A stretch of DNA of 64,000 bases, taken from positions 27,672 to 91,671 of the forward strand of contig QHXX01000038.1 in assembly GCA_003223135.1 (NCBI GenBank), in the 5' to 3' direction. The stretch comes from Acidobacteriota bacterium. Its GTDB lineage: Bacteria; Acidobacteriota; Polarisedimenticolia; Gp22-AA2. Below are positions 56,346 to 64,000 of this stretch, piece after piece. Each line of letters begins with the position of its first letter. Position 1 is the stretch's first letter. The notes beneath the pieces were generated by a model, which made no database searches, was not told the DNA's origin, and saw nothing but the letters and a program-made list of their open reading frames with translations. The translations under genes were made by a program, and so were the position numbers.

Positions 56346-58760
56346 ATGGACTCACCCGGGGTGGGACCCAATCTTTGGACCTGTGCCTCGACGATTCGGT
56401 CGGTGCCCCAGGAGCCGGTCTGGGTATCGGACTGGCTCCTAGCCGTGCGCCGGGGCGGAACCGGTGGTGATCTCGTGTCGAGACTGAGAGCGGCCGCGCG
56501 GGCCTACATCGTCGCCGTCGATGTGGCCGGGGTCGCGGCTCTGGCGGCCTCGTTCGTCTTCGGGGGTCGGCCCGACCTCGTCCGGCTCCTGGTGGCGGTC
56601 GCGGCTGCCGCTCTATCGTCCCCGTTCCGGATTCCCCTGCCGGTCATGGGGAACGTGTCGATCGCCTTCACGTTCGTCTTCGCCGCCCTGCTGGTCCTCG
56701 GGATTCCTGCCGCCGCGATCACCGCGGCCGTCGCCGGGATGGCGGCGTCGCTCCTGCGTCGAGGGACCCGATGGCCCCTGAACCGCATTCTGTTCAACGC
56801 CCTGGAGTTGGCCGTCTCGTCGACGGCCGCCGGTTGTGTCTTCCTCCTGGCCGGCGGGACTCCGGGCCAGCTGGATCTGGCGCAGGAGTGGCCGGCGGTC
56901 CTCCTGTCCGCCGGGGTATTCTTCGTTGCTAACTCGTGCCTCGTGGCCGGTGCTATCAGCCTGACCGACGAGATCCCGTTCTTCCTCAACTGGCGGACTA
57001 ACTTCCTGTGGACGGGGCCTGCCTACCTGGCGGGCGCCTTCCTGGGAACGGCCCTGACTCTCGGAGTCCAGAACTTCGGGCTGCTGGCGCTCGGCCTGTC
57101 CCTCCCGCTCCTGTACGTTCTCTATTTCTCGCTCCGGCTGTACGCCGAGAAGGTTGCCGAGGAACGCCGCCACGGCCGGCAGGTCGTCCCCGAGCATATC
57201 CTCTGCAAGCCCGGCCCCCTCACCCGCGAGGAGACCGAGAAGATGCGCATCCATCCCCGCATCGGCGTCGAGATCCTCGAAACCATCAGCTTCCCCTTCC
57301 CGCTCACCGACGTGGTTCGCTCGCACCACGAGAAGTGGGACGGCAGCGGCTATCCCGATCACCTCAAGGGCGAAGAGATTCCGATTACGGCGCGTATCTT
57401 GTCGGTCGTGGACTGCTTCGACGCCCTGACCTCCGACCGCCCCTACCGCAAGCCGCTCAGCCCTGAGGAGGCGCTGAAGTACGTCCAGAGCGAGACGGGA
57501 ACCTCGTTCGATCCGGCCGTGGTCGAGGCGCTGGTGAAGAACATGGACCGGCTGGGGGCCCTGGCGGCAGAGATCAACCAATCGCATGAGACCTCGACCG
57601 CTCCCGACAAGCGCCGGCTCCCCAAGGGGGTCGACCCGCTGACGCGCGATACGAACCAGCTCCGCACCTCGATCACCGAGACCATCCAATCGGCGCAGCG
57701 CGAGCTCTTCGCCCTGTACGAAATCGCCCAGAGCACCGCCCGCAGCCTGAACCTGGACGAGGCGATGGGGTTCATCGCGGGCAAGATCGCGCACTTGATC
57801 CACTACCGCTGCCTGGTCCTGTACCTCTACGACAAGGAGCGCCGGGTCCTGGCGGCGCGCTACGTGCATGGCCTCCACTCCCAGCGTCTCGGGCACCATA
57901 CGATTCCACTCGGAGAGAGAATGAGCGGGTGGTCGGCGGTGCATCGGATGCCGATCCACGGCATCACCCACGAGGAGCCCGTGCTGCGCGAGGGGGCGCG
58001 ATCCGACCTGGAGGAGCTGATGTCGGACCGGACGGTGGAGGGGCTCGAGAGCTCGATCGTAGCACCGCTTCTCGACGGCGACGCGGTCCTGGGTGTTCTG
58101 GCCCTCTACGATCTCCGCGACCGGCCCTACGAGGACGACAACCTGCGCGTCATCTCGATCGTCGCGAAGCACGTCGCAACGGCGGTACGAAATGCCCTGC
58201 AGTACAGCGCCGGCCAGGGTAGCGCCCTGATCGACCCGCTCACGCGCCTGCCGAACGCCCGCTACCTCTTCGTCAGCTTCGAGGAGGAAATCAGCAGAGC
58301 CCTGCGCCAGCAGGTGCCGCTCAGCATCATCGAGCTGGACGTGAATGACTTCAACGAGGTGAACGACCATCACGGCCACCCCGCCGGCGACCGCATCTTG
58401 CGCGAGCTGGCGCGCCTGGTCCGGGCGCAGCTTCGGGGCTGCGATACCTGCGTGCGCTACGCGGCCGACGAGTTCATCGTGATCGTCCCGGGCGTCGGCA
58501 AACAGGAGGTCAACCGCCTGCAGAGGCGCATCCAGGAAGCGATCGAAGACCACAAGTTCATCGTGCACGGCGGCAGGCCGGTGCGTCTCTCGGTCAGCAT
58601 GGGTTCGTCTTCGTTCCCCGAGGATGGCAAGTCGTTCGACGCACTGATCGCCGTGGCCGATGCCCGCATGTACGAGGTGAAATCGTCCCGCCGCAAGGGC
58701 GATCCAGACGGCTCCGGGTACCAGCGATTCACCGGTCGCCGCAGCATGCCGGTGAACTGA
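56346..58760 (+). CDS. multi-TM sensor with partial HD-GYP, GAF and GGDEF domains (c-di-GMP signalling protein)
   Basis: About 280-aa polytopic N-terminus; HD-GYP C-terminal half including HHEKWDGSGYPD but no recognisable upstream H..HD metal motif; GAF (LYEIAQSTARSLNLDEAMGFIAGKI...); GGDEF with degenerate AADEF site (RYAADEFIVIV). Confidence 0.75.
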   Translation: MDSPGVGPNLWTCASTIRSVPQEPVWVSDWLLAVRRGGTGGDLVSRLRAAARAYIVAVDVAGVAALAASFVFGGRPDLVRLLVAVAAAALSSPFRIPLPVMGNVSIAFTFVFAALLVLGIPAAAITAAVAGMAASLLRRGTRWPLNRILFNALELAVSSTAAGCVFLLAGGTPGQLDLAQEWPAVLLSAGVFFVANSCLVAGAISLTDEIPFFLNWRTNFLWTGPAYLAGAFLGTALTLGVQNFGLLALGLSLPLLYVLYFSLRLYAEKVAEERRHGRQVVPEHILCKPGPLTREETEKMRIHPRIGVEILETISFPFPLTDVVRSHHEKWDGSGYPDHLKGEEIPITARILSVVDCFDALTSDRPYRKPLSPEEALKYVQSETGTSFDPAVVEALVKNMDRLGALAAEINQSHETSTAPDKRRLPKGVDPLTRDTNQLRTSITETIQSAQRELFALYEIAQSTARSLNLDEAMGFIAGKIAHLIHYRCLVLYLYDKERRVLAARYVHGLHSQRLGHHTIPLGERMSGWSAVHRMPIHGITHEEPVLREGARSDLEELMSDRTVEGLESSIVAPLLDGDAVLGVLALYDLRDRPYEDDNLRVISIVAKHVATAVRNALQYSAGQGSALIDPLTRLPNARYLFVSFEEEISRALRQQVPLSIIELDVNDFNEVNDHHGHPAGDRILRELARLVRAQLRGCDTCVRYAADEFIVIVPGVGKQEVNRLQRRIQEAIEDHKFIVHGGRPVRLSVSMGSSSFPEDGKSFDALIAVADARMYEVKSSRRKGDPDGSGYQRFTGRRSMPVN

Positions 58761-58945
58761 GTCGGATCGCCGCTTTTCTGACATTCCTGCCGTGAAGAAA
58801 AGCTTTGCGTCTTCAATGGATTAGTAGTATTTTCCCGCCATCGCCCGGGGGGACGGCCCGCTTCTCTGCACCCTTCAAGTTAGCCTTCTTCCCGGGACGA
58901 CCGGGACACGGTTCCCAACTCTTATGCACGATCGCCGCCGCCCCG

Positions 58946-63940
<4,995 letters not shown>

Positions 63941-64000
63941 AGTCGCAATAAATATAATGATGGGAATCTCATGACTGCCTATCGGGGGGCTCAATGAGAC

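Noticed and set aside
63941-64000. TAAATATAAT -10-like stretch and a tiny ORF (MTAYRGAQ) at the window end.
   Set aside because: It is too close to the window boundary to interpret. It is likely the promoter or 5' region of a downstream gene that lies outside the window.

Overview
The window is a high-GC (about 68-70%) chromosomal segment from a Gram-negative bacterium with dense, mostly operonic coding. Codon usage, signal peptides and gene content suggest an Acidobacteriota-like soil organism; this is a low-confidence inference. I could support 50 protein-coding genes. I found no rRNA, tRNA, CRISPR array or obvious mobile element.

Main content, in order along the window:
- Conserved translation cluster: rpe (5' end only), a kinase-less PASTA protein, rsmB, fmt, def.
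- Envelope and secreted proteins: FecR/WxxGxW protein, AsmA-like protein, patatin-like lipase, nth, pcm, proS, VWA protein.
- A roughly 12 kb envelope-glycan/lipid-modification island at 14348-26780: LAB_N + GT2; two divergent paralogous Kdo/WaaP-like small kinases; RmlC-like cupin, RmlA and RmlB with no rmlD; two GT39/ArnT-like (PMT_2-type, C-type) paralogues flanking an ICMT-like methyltransferase and a GT4; msbA.
- TCA-cycle genes ndk-sucD-sucC and icd-mdh. sucC faces dacB across a pair of near-consensus back-to-back sigma70 promoters that share a palindromic -35.
- c-di-GMP signalling proteins, two tandem M42 peptidases and mrcA.
- A large Ser/Thr-kinase-STAND-TPR-GAF-sigma54-activator fusion at the 3' end.

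Two gene cassettes stand out as candidate undescribed systems:
1. A five-gene minus-strand cassette at 33343-40609: a 99-aa Cys/Trp/Tyr-rich protein, an amidohydrolase with no canonical start codon, a 1155-aa TPR-FG-GAP-ASPIC/UnbV lipoprotein, and an ABC ATPase plus ABC-2 permease. Two junctions show ATGA or 4-nt overlaps.
2. A three-gene minus-strand cassette at 47748-52483: a compositionally atypical Lys-rich cytoplasmic protein, an S55 SpoIVB-like serine peptidase, and a secreted beta-propeller/Ig-like protein. Both junctions are ATGA overlaps. It is driven by an AT-rich extended -10 promoter predicting a near-leaderless mRNA.

All assignments come from reading the translations and motifs by eye. 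No database search was run.
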